Notes: generated from the sequence alone by a model not told the origin. Shown: positions 36,207-48,851, counted from the whole stretch's first letter. The stretch: 63,871 bases of DNA, filler included, from Olpidium bornovanus S191 (GCA_017911155.1; 31 parts of 31 records of this genome joined end to end with filler, not necessarily neighbours in it), one strand, 5' to 3'. Numbers and translations: made by a program.

Positions 36207-39083
36207 CTGTTCTCGTGACGGCGTGCAAGTATTGCCAAGAGATCGGGGTAGTTCAGATCAACGCAATGTCGGGGAGTCCACCAGCGGGGTAAATAAACGT
36301 GATGAGCGCGAGAAAAGAATAGAGCAAAAACAAAGTTCAGCAAATGGAAAACCAATCCCGTCAGTGACGCCTTTCGCCTGCCGAAGCGCGAAGTGAACGG
36401 CCTGCCGGCTGTTTCCGACAGTTTCGATGACTCGGTCAGTTAACCCATACGCTAGGAACAAGCGCCACATCCCGCGAATTCCAAACGACGATCCCGACAC
36501 TTCGACTATGACATCGAAAGTGTCGCAGTATTCCGCCGCCATTCTAGTCGCTCACACGTCGAGCAGCGAGACAGCGGCAGAAGAAGGATTTTCCCATGCG
36601 TTGGCACCCCGTACAGTGCAATACAACACTGCCCGCAGTGTTTCGAACGGTTGTCTCAGCCAGCTCCACGCCCGCTGTTTCAGGAAGAGGAGTTGCTCCG
36701 GGACGGCTTTGCCGACCCGTCCCCGCCGATAATGCTGCCACCAAGTGAAAGAGATGCGCAAATACTGGCGTTTCGCGGCGCGGGGTGCTCCCCGCTCGGC
36801 CGCCTCCCAACCCGTACTCCAACAGCCGAGGCCCTGCGCGTTTGCCCGTCAAAGCCTGAAAGAAGAAGGAGGACTGGCACCCGCTGCTCCAGAAAAGAAA
36901 CGGGACAGGCGCCTCACGTAGACGGCTTTGCAGCGCGGCCCGCGGGCAGGGGGGTTCGGGCCAGAGAAAAGAGGAAAGGCACTCCTCGGCGCGTGGATGC
37001 TCGACAGTGACTTACCGCCCTCAGCGCGGAGACTTCCGCGAAAATGGGAGGGAGCACGGTCGACATGGCTTCTCGAGTCCTTTTCCAAACCCCGCTTTGG
37101 TCAAAAGGCCGGACGAAACTTTCGTTTTCAAAACGCGGCGTTAACGGTCCTGCTCACGTGATGCGGTCCTGTGTGGGTGGGGAAAAGGGGGAATAAGGGG
37201 CCTGACAGGTCGCAACCAACCCAAACCGCGGAACGCAGAGCTCGGAGCGAGACGGGGAAGCAGAGTTGACAGGACTTTTCTAGAAGGCTCCCGTGAGGGA
37301 GCCGTCCGCTATCTACTTCTAGTCCGCTTTGGGCGAGATCTTCCTAACAGGGTCTCCGGAGATTGACGGAAGACGTAGTTCAGTTCCTGCCGCGGAAAGA
37401 TGCTCTTTGATTCAGCCTCCCGTGCGGCCGTCAACGACCCTTTTTGCCTACTACCAGGACCTCATCTTCTCGTTACTGCCTTAAGTGAAATTCCCTGTTT
37501 TTTCTCCCAAAACATACCCGGTCCTGTTGATTGACACTGGGCACGGCCCCGCCAGGTCGACATCATCAAGTGGTCTTTCATTTTTGGCGTTTTAATTACA
37601 ATTGGCATGACTCGCAGGTCTCGTGTGTCCACAGTCGGCACGCGTTATTGCTCCCTCTGCTTGGCATTGTATTGCTTAAAAATTCCCTCTGCCCCAAGTT
37701 TCATGTAATTTGGGATGCCAAGTGCTCATATTACACGGCTGCCAGCGTGATGTCTGTCACCTCCTCATTGTAAGAGTCCAGTCAAGGTAAAAGAGGCAGC
37801 TGCGGTCACAATATAAGTGTACCGCGCTGAAAGGCCATGTGTGCGTACCATACGCCTAGCTTAGGAGGCGCAATATCTACAACAAAAATTTCAAAGCTTT
37901 CAAATCCCGCGCGCCAATAATCCGGCTTCGCTGACCGCCTTAACATTCTTTATCGCNNNNNNNNNNNNNNNNNNNNNNNNNNNNNNNNNNNNNNNNNNNN
38001 TTAATTAATTAANNNNNNNNNNNNNNNNNNNNNNNNNNNNNNNNNNNNNNNNNNNNCCATGGCTTATATGAAGCCTTATATGCCTTATATGCCCTATATG
38101 AAGGCGTTATATGTACCTTTACCGCCTCTTTTATTCCTTCCCTGCCTTTCCCCAGCCTTCCCTGCACTTTTATCCTGCTTTCCTGCGCTTTCTCCCTCTT
38201 TCTGCGCGTTCTTACGTTGATTTTGAGCCGTTTTGCGACTTTGGGCGAAGTACCCTAGTTCCCATTGGTTACCGTTGCGTCGGTATTCTGGGGGGAGATT
38301 CTGAGCACCCCCCGCGTTTTTTACGAACTTCTTTACGCGTTTTCTCGGCCCCTACCGCACCGATTCCCGTCAAACTTGGCGGAAACCACCGCCCCACGAA
38401 CGCGCAACTTTCCCCAAAGTTAAAACCCGATCAGCGGCCGGACGGCGGAGAACAAAGAGAATATATCCCAAAACGAGGCAAATTTGTGCTTCTTTTGACG
38501 ACTGCAAAGTGGAGACCTACTCAATCGGCGAGCGGTGACCACAGACAAACTCTTCTCGCCAGCGCGGATCTCCTACAGCAAACAGATCGGAAATCGGACG
38601 CCTCTCTGCTGAGAACGAGACCTCCGAAGTTTGGGAAAATAGCACCCCCTTCTCCTTTTCAAGAGAATCGCATTTGGCCTTCTCTACCATCTCCCCTGTC
38701 CATTTACAAAAACAGCGGCGGGGTCGACGGGCGCGGATGACGACACGGCGACGGGCGCGGGTGACGAAGCTGCCGAACGATAAGCAGAGTTCGACGGGTT
38801 TGACGGCGCGATGGCCGTCGGCGGGGGAGCAGCGCGGGTCGCCGTGACATGGGGCGACAGCGGCAGTGGCATCTCGACTTTACGGCGTCTACGACGCGGC
38901 GAGGGCATCGTCAACGGCTGTCGTCAACGGCAAAAGCAATGGAGTAAACAAAGACAAAAGCGCGGTGAGCAAAAATAAGTTCAGTGAGCAAAAATAAGCT
39001 CAAAAACAAACGCGGCGGCGGGCCGAGCGTGGGCGCGACAGAGGCGGAGCGCCAGCGCGGCGGGGGCGGAGCGCGGGCGCGGC

Positions 39084-39305
39084 GTGCAGGATCGATTTAC
39101 CAAATGGCCGGAAGCCGTCCCTCTTCCAAATACGTCCGCAGCGACTGTCGCCGATGCCATTTTCCTTTATTTGATTTGCCGTCATGGCGTACTGCGTAAC
39201 CTGCATACTGATCAGGGTTCCAAATTTAACAACGTCCTCCTCGATCGTCTTTCCGAGCGCTTTTCGATGAGCCGATCGTCCACTACGGCTTATCACCTGT
39301 GTTGA
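39084..39305 (+). mobile_element. Retrotransposon (gypsy-type) rve integrase core fragment
   Basis: DRFTKWPEAVPL..SAATVADAI..LICRHG..LHTDQGSKF..L..SSTTAYH; truncated on both sides. Confidence 0.9.
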
Positions 39306-39340
39306 AGAAAAGAACATTGATATGCATCTCACTGCATCAA

Positions 39341-39381
<41 letters not shown>
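39341..39381. repeat. (GAGTCAG)n heptamer tandem repeat, 5.9 copies
   Basis: Read directly from the sequence. Confidence 0.95.
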
Positions 39382-39384
39382 CGC

Positions 39385-39609
39385 CCACATGACGCATGGA
39401 GCACATGGCGCCCACATGGGGCATGGAGCACATGGCGCCCACATGGGGCATAGAGCACATGGCGCCCACATAGGGCATGGACCACATGGCGCCCACCTGG
39501 CACCCACATGGCGCACACATGGCGCCCACATGGCGCACACATGGAGCCCACCTGGCGCACACATGGCGTCCACATGGCGCCCACATGGCGCCCACCACCC
39601 ACATGGCGC
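39385..39609. repeat. CACATGG-based minisatellite (four 27-bp units then 12-bp units), runs into the gap
   Basis: GCATGGAGCACATGGCGCCCACATGGG at 39394 and 39421, variants at 39448 and 39475, then CACATGGCGC(C/A)(C) units. Confidence 0.9.
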
Positions 39610-40653
39610 NNNNNNNNNNNNNNNNNNNNNNNNNNNNNNNNNNNNNNNNNNNNTTAATTAATTAANNNNNNNNNNNNNNNNNNNNNNNNNNNNNNNNNNN
39701 NNNNNNNNNCATGGTAGAGCAGTGATCAGAGTCTCAACTGTCACAAGAACAATGGCTCCGACAGCGCGAGCAGGGGAGGAATCGGCAGGCGTTTCGAGCA
39801 AAAATAGCAGCTGAAGTGAGACCGGCAACTCTCGAGGCTGGAAGGGGCTACCAAGGGTCATGTGTCCTGGAACTGGCTGGGTTGTGCCAGCGGACGCAGA
39901 ACTTGGGATTCCCATCAGTGGTCTGTCGGTGACACCAGGATGCTTTGGGACAGGAGCACTAGGTCATCTGAGTGGAGTCCTCCAACGGATCAATAATCGT
40001 AGCGTCAGCAAAAAAACCAAATGCCAAAGGAATATAAATCATCACACCTTGTCAAGAGCGTTTTATTTTGGAATTTGGTGGGGAATAGTAAAAAGCTTTA
40101 CACCGGGAATAATTGTATACACAATCACGTGATATATGCTCCATACCCCCCTTGCACGGCGTATTATGTGGACGACAGAGGGAAATTACACAACAGAACT
40201 TCAAAATCGAAGGATGAAATTCAGCGCGTGAGTCGGCGTTGTTAGGGTAGATAATTCTCAATGCTTTGCCAGTCGAAGGCGTCAAAAAACCCCCCCCCCC
40301 CCCTTCCTTCTTCTCCGAAAAGAGAGACGCTCCCAACCCCCAAAAACTCTCCACAGCGTCCCCCGAACATATCACGTATCGTATAAAACCCCGTAGATGC
40401 AAACACCCAGACGCAAAAAAGACATTTCGGCTCGTCTCCCCGTCGTCGGCCCCGTCGGTTGCTTGCTGGCCCGTACCTCGTGCCGCAACGCTTTGGCACG
40501 GCTAAATTCTCGAAGATTCACAAAATTCTTCACGTCCAACCGGCAATTGCTGCCGTCCATAAGCGCGGTCATTTCCGTGTTCTTGTTCTAACCTCGGTCT
40601 GGGACAAAGGCTCAAGCGGCCAGTAAAGGCGGCCGACTTTTAAGTCCGTCTCT

Positions 40654-41958
40654 TCAACCAAACTTCGCGGCAGCGGTTCCCGGAATGTGAAACAGGCCAA
40701 CGGCACGGAATTGTCACAGACAATGAAAGTCGACGAGCCAGGGAATTAGACGGTACGCCAGGAATCAGTGTGATGGACAGCGTTTCGGCAATTATAGCAT
40801 GTTGACTCTGCGGCGCAAAAAAGACTGAAGCCGTGCATACCTGAGACAGATAGCTCTCTGCGACGATGCGGGCCCGCGCATTGAGGCTAAGTTTCATCTC
40901 GCTGATTTCCTTATCAACGGCTTCCATGAACTCGATGATGAAATCTACCAGCTTATGCTTAAACATTTGTTCGGTGTGAAAATTGGTGATCAAAAAACTG
41001 ATGTCGTAGCCCTAATCGACGAAGGTGCAAAGTGGCGACCATTAGGGCACAGCAGAGAAAGTCGCCCGCCGGGGTCGGCTAAGGCGCAGAAATAGCCAAG
41101 CACCTGCCGCGAAGCGTCAGGGCTTAGAACAGGCCGGGAGGTGGCCCGAGAGGAAACCTACGGGGATCGGTACCCGTCGCAAAACAATAAAGTTCTCCGC
41201 CCTCTGCATGAGGAATCTAACCAGCTTGTGGCAGAGAATGCGCTCGATCTCGTCGGCCTGTTTAATCTTGATGCTGAACCGCACAGAATTGACGCTCGGC
41301 TCCACGAGCACACGCTCGTTCTCGTTCCGGCTGACCGTGACCGGGGACAGGATGACCTCTGGCGAAGTGCTTCCGAACGTTGGCGCGAAACGTTGGTTGT
41401 TTCAGAGAAAAAGAAAAAGGGCGGCAACGGCGACGGCTGGCCGCGTCAGAGGGCAGGTTTTCGCAGACTCCGCCAAAGGCAGGCGCGACCAAATGACTCG
41501 AGGGGTGCAAAGCCTCTCCGGTTCAGCAAACACCGCATCAGGTCCGCGCGCCTCAGGGACGGGGCCCCGTCTCCCGGATTAACTCCTCCCTTGGACCAGA
41601 CGCGTCCTTTTGGAACGCTTGCGCAGCGCGGCCGGCGGAGCCCTCGGAGTTTTTTTGCTCAACGCGCCGCCTGCCGCGGTGCTCACCCAACTTCGATTTC
41701 CGGCTTGTTGTGCCTCTCGACAACCTGCGACGCGAAGTTCTCGAGGCATATCGCCGCGGAGAGGGTTGACCTTACGGCCGCCAGGTACGGCCTCAATGTG
41801 TTGGACTTTCACGAACATCGGAGGAGGAAGGAGCGCCCGAGGGGAAGCGGGGTGATCCATGTGACGCGGCGGGATTTTAGCGGACGGCAGACACGTTTGT
41901 TTCGTGACCGAGGCCGACGGCCAGGGTGGTCTTGGCAGCAGAGGGACGGACGCACCAT
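40654..41958 (-). CDS. ARPC4: Arp2/3 complex subunit 4 (p20), complete
   Basis: ATG|intron; exons 41805-41687, 41369-41162, 41011-40841 and 40662-40654: [80 protein letters not shown]. Confidence 0.97.
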
Positions 41959-42556
41959 GGTTCTTCCGCCCCACCCCCCTCCGCCCCTCCCCCCGCCGCC
42001 CTCAACTCGGACGCACTGCCCGCGTGCGGGGCCAGTAGTTCTTTGTCACAGAGTCGGGCGGGAAGTGAGCGGGCTTTCCGGCCAGTGCGGGGGTCGTTTC
42101 CCTGCCGCTCGCGTGCGCCCGTTTACAGAATCCGCCCTTTAAAAAGCCACTGCCAAAAATGTTCGTCTAATGAGAGGTCTGCCAAAGGATTGCGGTGCAG
42201 CACATGTCCCTGCTAACTCCTCCATCTCCGGCGGTGAGCATCCGCAGATGGTCTCTTCACGCGCGCCGCCAGCGCGAACAAATCCCAATACTCCCCCCAA
42301 CTCTGTGTCACCCTCTGCGCTCTTTTGTACATCAATTTCGCACCAGCCACAACTCTCTTCATCAGCGTCCATGAGGCAACAAGCAGCAGATCCCGCCGTT
42401 CACAGCAAGAAATGCGCTTTGTGTTTCTAAAAGGACCATGTAATCAGAGCGTGATAGAGCAGAGCATATTCTTGCTTTGTGTTGATGGAGGTAAAAAGAG
42501 GCATTCTCAGCAAGTAATGATGCAGAGCAACGAGTTAATTCGGGATCCTTGCAGCG

Positions 42557-42890
42557 TCACGCGCGAAGCGCTAATGCCTCAATGATTCGACAGAGCACAG
42601 CTACTTCCTCCTTCACGTCTTGGGGCTGGATGGCATCCGTTGCCGCTATTTCTTCCTCGTCTGGACCTGGCTGACAGGCAAGCATTGCGCCGGGGTCCTC
42701 CGGTAGTAGCCGGCGCACCTTCTCGCGGAATTCCGTCGCCGCGACCGCTATGATGTTCATTTGTTCTTCCGGTCTGAGTCGGAGGAACTCAGTAACGAGG
42801 TCACCGTCAACGGCGGTGGTCGCCCATTTCGCACGCGACGCGGTTGTCCGGTAATGCTCATGAACTTTGTCTCGCCGACGAAGGATACAG
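42557..42890 (-). CDS. C-terminus of a DDB1/CPSF-A family protein
   Basis: HEHYRT...AVDGDLVTEFLRLRPEEQ...LCRIIEAL resembles the DDB1 terminal motif (FIDGDLIESFL...LIKVVEEL). Confidence 0.55.
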
Positions 42891-43079
42891 CCAAGAATGC
42901 TTTAAAATCGGCTTGACCTTCTCCTTCGCTGAACGCGCTCCATAAGCCGGTTATCCTGCGCTCAGAGAGCAAGTTGACGNNNNNNNNNNNNNNNNNNNNN
43001 NNNNNNNNNNNNNNNNNNNNNNNTTAATTAATTAANNNNNNNNNNNNNNNNNNNNNNNNNNNNNNNNNNNNNNNNNNNN

Positions 43080-44272
43080 CATGAAGGTATTGGTCTTCGC
43101 CGTGCACAAGGCGACGTTCAGGCCGAACGTGATGAAAGCGAGCGCTCCGCAGAGGATGGTGATGAGGATTACGAGCGTCACCTTCTCGCGCCACGCCTGC
43201 TGGGTGTGGTAATTATCCATCTTGCCGATCGCCTTGAGCAAGTAAGGCAGCGCCCACAACGTTGACACCCATGAGCAGACACGCCACGCGTCGGCAACCT
43301 CGTCGGCGGATTTGCCCGGAGGCGGCTTCTTCTGAGGACGCGGAGCCCTCTCGGGGCGGCTGAGTGATTTCGTCCTGGTCAGATTCTTGCCGATCAACGC
43401 CGATGTCCGCTTGCTCCTGTCCGCGGGTGCGCCACGATTTCCCGGACGCGCAGCCGCCGGCTCCTCTTTGAATCCTTCGCCCGGAGCTTTCTCGATGCCG
43501 TCGACGTCCACCGTGGTGGAAGGTTCCGGCTCGTCACCGGTCCCCCCCGGCGGCTGCGTAAGTCGTATCGACCGTGGCGACGTCGGCGGAAGCGTCGTCC
43601 TGTTCATCAATTTGCTGATCCTGTTTCCGACCGGCGAGGATGCGTAGCGCGGAGGCGGAACAGGGAGCGGCGAACCTGCGCGGTGGGGCGGCGGCACCGG
43701 CGTGTTGGATCTGCGCGGCAAGAGCGCAGGGCCGGCGGGTGACTCCTGCCTGGGGACTGCTTCGCCAGCCCTGGGAATGTGCAGCATAGCCGGGCTGGTC
43801 GCTCCAGAGGGTGTCGCCGGGCCCGGCGATGCGATGCGATGAGGAGGCGGAACCGGCGCCTTGCTGAGCTGGTTCTGCCGCTTGTCAACGACGGCCGACG
43901 GCGGTGTCGGGCCCTCGGGCTTGGTCAGAACGCCCGCCACGGTAACGCGGTGCTCTGTTCTTGATGTTCTTGTGGGGGCGGACGGGCGATCAACTTCACC
44001 TGACGAGCCACAAGAGGGAAAAAAAAAAGGAAACGGCGAAGGGGCCCAACGATCATCAGAGGCGGGGTGCGCCCCGTGCGTCCCCCACCTCCCGTCCTCA
44101 ACCCTTCCCCTTCCCACGCCTGTGCGGGAAGGAGGGAGGAGGGAGGACGGCGCAGGGAGGGTCGGGAACGGAGGAGCACTGCGGGACTGGGTGGCGGCGC
44201 ACCTTCGGCGGCAGCGGACTGGGCCCCACCGTCCCGTTGGGCGGAGGCGGCCGGCGGACGAGGAGAGTCCAT
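43080..44272 (-). CDS. CHS3: Class IV chitin synthase N-terminus (Chs3-like), truncated
   Basis: SLSRPER, W..STLWALPYLLKAIG..QQAWREKVTL..AFITFGLNVALC. The start codon at 44272 is tentative. Confidence 0.8.
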
Positions 44273-44779
44273 CAGGCGCCCTGGCGAGAGGGGAGGGAAA
44301 GCTGGTCTTCTTTTTTTTTTTTTTTTTTTTGATTTCTTGATGTGGCGGGGTGCGTGGGCTGTGTGAAAAGGGAAAAGGGTCTCGGAGAGAGAGATAGTGA
44401 GAGCGAGAGCCACACGGCGCGAGTGCGCGAGCGAGAGCGACAGAAAGAAAAGCAAAGAGGGAGGGAGCGTGAGTGGCGTGTGCGGCCGACGGGCCGGAGA
44501 GGGGCAGCGAGCGTGCGGGGGAAGTAGGGGCCTGCTCGTCGTTGTGCGTGGGTGCGTGCGGGGGAGCGGGGGAGAGCGGGGGAGAGCGGGGGAGCGCGGC
44601 AACGGGCGGGGCGGCGGAGCGGGCGGGCGGGCGGACGGAGCGGAGGGACCGACCGCTCGTCCTCCTCCTTCTTCCTCCTCCTCCTCCTCCTCCTCCTGCT
44701 GCGACTCCCCCAAAAAGAAGGCAAAGAGGGCGCGCGCGGCGCGCGGAAGAGAAACAGACAAAGGTCGTAGAAAACCAAT

Positions 44780-44823
<44 letters not shown>

Positions 44824-44998
44824 GAGAGAAAAAAAAAAAAAAAAAGGACAGCNNNNNNNNNNNNNNNNNNNNNNNNNNNNNNNNNNNNNNNNNNNNTTAA
44901 TTAATTAANNNNNNNNNNNNNNNNNNNNNNNNNNNNNNNNNNNNNNNNNNNNGCATGCTCTACGTATCGGTGCTCACCAGGACGCGACTCCTGCAGAT

Positions 44999-46344
44999 TT
45001 GCCGCCTCCCCCTTCACCGCCGGCGCTTCCGCCGCCTCTTTTACGGCCGCCGGAGCAAACGGAGCAAACTGCGTCCGCGCCGCTCCCTCGCAAAAGACGC
45101 CGCCGGCGGCCTCCGCTCTTTCTTCGTGTGGCGGCGCGCACGGCGCGCCGATCACAGCCGAGAAGAAATGGAGCGTCCATCTCGCATTTGGATGGCTTCA
45201 GCCCCGTTCGCCGGCGAAAGCGCAGGCGTAAGGAAAAGCGGCAACCATCGAACATAGATCTGTGCGTCGTGCAGCAACCGCAAGACGCAGTCGGCAGCGT
45301 CCGCGAGTTCCTGCGAGGAACGACTATGCGGCGAGGCGAATTAGGCCTGGGAATTGGGGTTGAACCTGCCCCTGACGGAGGCGCCCGTCGCAGCGCCCAA
45401 GTCTCCCGTCGACGGCTTGAATTCGAGGATTTGGTCGATCGTCTGATGGCATCCGCCATCGCGCGCGAAAAAGAGAATGTCTACCGAGTTTCCAGGCGTG
45501 GCCGCATAAGAAAGCGGAGGAGAAACGTGGCCGAGCCACGCCACACCGCCTGGAATGGCAGTGATCAGCTTGCCGAAGAACGCGGAGGCGTTGAAGTGCG
45601 TTGGAATGAGTCCTCAGACGAGGAAGTGAGAATGAGCCAAGGGTGGGCCCCGTTTTCCCCGCAATTGAGTCCGAGGAATGAAAGCCTGGACATGGAGCCA
45701 TATCCTGAACGGGGTAACTTCTCTCGCGCGGTGCCTGTTGGCAGTTCACGGGCATACCCCTTCGCTGGCACAGCCAGGCGGCTTCTCGGAAGCCCCTCAT
45801 TTGGGGTTGCCCAATCCACGTTGCCGCTTGCGCAACAAATCATCGGAGAAAAAGATCTTTTTTCGCCAGACTTTGGCGTCGGTCCTCTTCCCGCAGGGGC
45901 GTACCTCGGGCGAGACAGTTACCTTGGAAAGGGTCATCTGCAACGGCTTTGGAACCTCGATAGCAGAAGCGGGTTGAAGTCCTCCAATCTGGATAATCAG
46001 CCCAGGCGGCTTTTTGGAACCTACCTGCTCTTCTCCAACACTCCTGCCGAAGAGGTCATAGCCAAGCTAGAAAGTCTCTTTCACGAGCTTTTGGCGCGAA
46101 TCACGAGATTGGACGAACGAGAAAAGAAGGAGGGCTCCCTGGTTCAGGGCACGCTGAGCGACGTTGAAGAGTGTTCTCAGATGCTGGACTTTATCCATGA
46201 ATACGTTCTTTCGACGGTTCCAGCCATGGACGACCGTGTGCTCGACCGCTTTCAGCGAGCGCTAGCTGTGGAATTCGGTTACTTCCGGAGACGGTTAAAT
46301 TTATTATTTGCTTCGCGCGTTTCTGGTTGTTGTGATGCCTTGCC
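44999..46344 (+). CDS. Mms22/Mus7-like DNA repair protein fragment
   Basis: Long ORF containing DFGVGPLPAGAYLGRDSYLGKGHL, similar to the FGIxxLxxGTxFxxxTFIGxG motif of fungal Mus7/Mms22. Conserved part is ~45870-46344; 5-prime boundary uncertain. Confidence 0.55.
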
Positions 46345-47967
46345 NNNNNNNNNNNNNNNNNNNNNNNNNNNNNNNNNNNNNNNNNNNNTTAATTAATTAA
46401 NNNNNNNNNNNNNNNNNNNNNNNNNNNNNNNNNNNNNNNNNNNNAGCGCGTTTTGCACCGTGCAAGAACCTGGTCGCGTTATTTAAGCACTCTGCAGGCC
46501 CCGAACAGCCCATTCCGGGGTCCCTCCCGTGAACCGCTGGTAATGGAAAAGCCTGCGTGCGGGTTGTTAGATAGAGCGAGGACTTTTGTTCAAGCATGCA
46601 AGGATTGCTGTGCTGGTGGATGGCCAAGGTCATAGACACCGTAAAGGCCATGAGAAAATGAAGTGCCAGGCAATGAAAACATGAAGCGCCTCGGCCAAAA
46701 TACTGTGAAGGTAGTGTCGGTGTAGTCTCAATTGGAGAACCTTGTGCGACAGAGCGACTTTTGAGCGTTTCACTGCACCGTCCTGATGGAGCTTGTACAA
46801 TGTGGATAAATAAAATGATTGTATTGTCTGTTTACGGCAAAAAAAAATTGATAACTTAGAGTACGAGATTACTCCATATCCCGAGAGAAGTATATGTGAT
46901 TACTGTAGTGTGACGGGGAGGAAGGCGTTGTTGTTTACTATCAGGGATCGACCTGGAGGTTACTCAATGGTGGGATGGTCACGTGACATTGAAAAAGGGA
47001 ACGTGACAGGCCATCAATCTGCGGACTATCGAAGGGGGCGCCCAAGGAGAATTGATAACGCCCCGGCAACCGATGCCGCGGGCCGAAGGCAAATCGATGA
47101 CGAACTGGTCGGCGCGGAAACGATGCCCGCGCGGCGGCGACGCCGCCGAGCGGGGTTTCGATGATTCGAAGGAGAAACGGCGAGGTCTGACGGCCAGGAC
47201 TATGCGCACGGAGCGCCGAGTTTATTTACGTGTGGCAATCGTTTCGGAAAAAAAAGGGGGGGAGCGTGCGTGCGTTCGCGTGTGCGTTCTACGGCTTCAA
47301 AATCGGCCCGCTTTTCTATCCAGTCGGAGGAGCCAAGACAACAATAGGGAGAAATGAGGGGGTTTCGATTTGCGGCGATTTTCGCCACCCGACATCCCGC
47401 CTCTCGGCTTTCGATGCCGCGCGCCGCCTCATTCTCCGCGTCCTCGACGACCGATCCATCGCTGACATACATAGGCAAATAAAATACACAATTACTCAAG
47501 GATCAGGTTCAAATAAACTAAAGTAATAATCCTTAAACTTTTGCTATTCATCCCAAAAGTTACAAACAAATAAATACTTTCTTTCGCCCATTTTGTATAC
47601 TTTCTGTCTCCGGAAAAAAAAAAGTCCGTCGCTCCAAACAAAAATGAGAAAAGAACCCTAAGTGGCGTAAGAGGCGGACGGCGTTTTCTCATCTTTGACA
47701 GGATAGTTTGTGGACAATGCAGAATGCACTCGTTTTTACCCAGTTTTTTGACACGAGTTACAGAATTTCAAAAGTCTTTCCCCTACCGCATTGAGTAAGG
47801 CGAGACTAAATTTTGTGACTGCCTACTTCATACGACAAAAAGATGTCTCCTCCCTAAGAGAAGCATGNNNNNNNNNNNNNNNNNNNNNNNNNNNNNNNNN
47901 NNNNNNNNNNNTTAATTAATTAANNNNNNNNNNNNNNNNNNNNNNNNNNNNNNNNNNNNNNNNNNNN

Positions 47968-48851
47968 CATGGCCGGCATTCCGGTATTTCGGTATGTCGA
48001 GAGGGTCTGCCATCGAGTGTCGCTGGGCCTGCAGCCGGATCTTGATAACGTCCATCGGCGTGACTACCATCACGGCTTCGGTCGTCCCGGCTGCCAGGCC
48101 GGCTGATAGCCGCAGTCGGCGTCGCGAGGACGAGATTTCCAGTACGCGTCGGCGGCCCACGTGAGGAAACGCGCCACGAAGCGACAATTCCGATCCGTCA
48201 CAGTTCCAAACCGGCTCTAGGTTTTCGCCAGATCCTTTGATATACAGCACGTACCCAAGAAAGTAACCATCGTGGATACTTTTCCGTCTTTGTCGGTGCC
48301 CCAGGACTTGTAGATCCCAAAGCTGGAGAATCGAATTGCCATCTTCGGGATAATTCCAGACACGACAGCACCCAGGCCCTTGTAGAGGGCGAGCGGCCCC
48401 TCCACCCGGACGATCTTCGCTCCCACCCCAACGAAAGACAATTTGGGACCCTGTACGGAGGATACCACACGCTGTCAGCAGGAGCACCAGACGAGCATAG
48501 TCCGAGAGGCGAGGGGCTTAGGACACCGCCAAGAGAAACCGCCGCCGGGCGTCAGACGCCGCCGTGCGCCTCACCGTTGTCCGGGAGGACTTCAGCTGCA
48601 TGCGGACTTTGATCGTGTCGAGGCTAGGCGCGGTTGGGGGAGCACGAGCGTCGCCGGCGGGGTCAGAGGGGGGGTGCTGAAAGACAAACCGCGGGATGCT
48701 GCTCAATAACCGAAAAAAGAGGGGGGATGTGGGGGTGGGATACGCGATTGGGGGCCGCTTACGGGTGGCACACCAGCGCCTCCATGCAGCCCGCCGCCCC
48801 GCCGGCGAACAGGTTGGTGGAAAACGACTTGACCCTCTTTTCGGTCGACAT
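47968..48851 (-). CDS. SFC1: Mitochondrial succinate/fumarate carrier (3-prime partial)
   Basis: NLFAGGAAGCMEAL.CHP/LDTIKVRMQL, EGPLALYKGLGAVVSGIIPKMAIRFSSF, AGLAAGTTEAVMVVTPMDVIKIRLQAQRHSMADPLDIPKYRNA. Confidence 0.92.

Noticed and set aside
39710-40020. Stop-riddled plus-strand frame resembling decayed transposon coding sequence
   Set aside because: No diagnostic motif recognised.
10808-44272. CHS7 plus CHS3-like as a chitin cluster; CDC45, MMS22-like and DDB1-like as a replication/repair cluster
   Set aside because: All are on different contigs joined by artificial spacers, so there is no linkage information.
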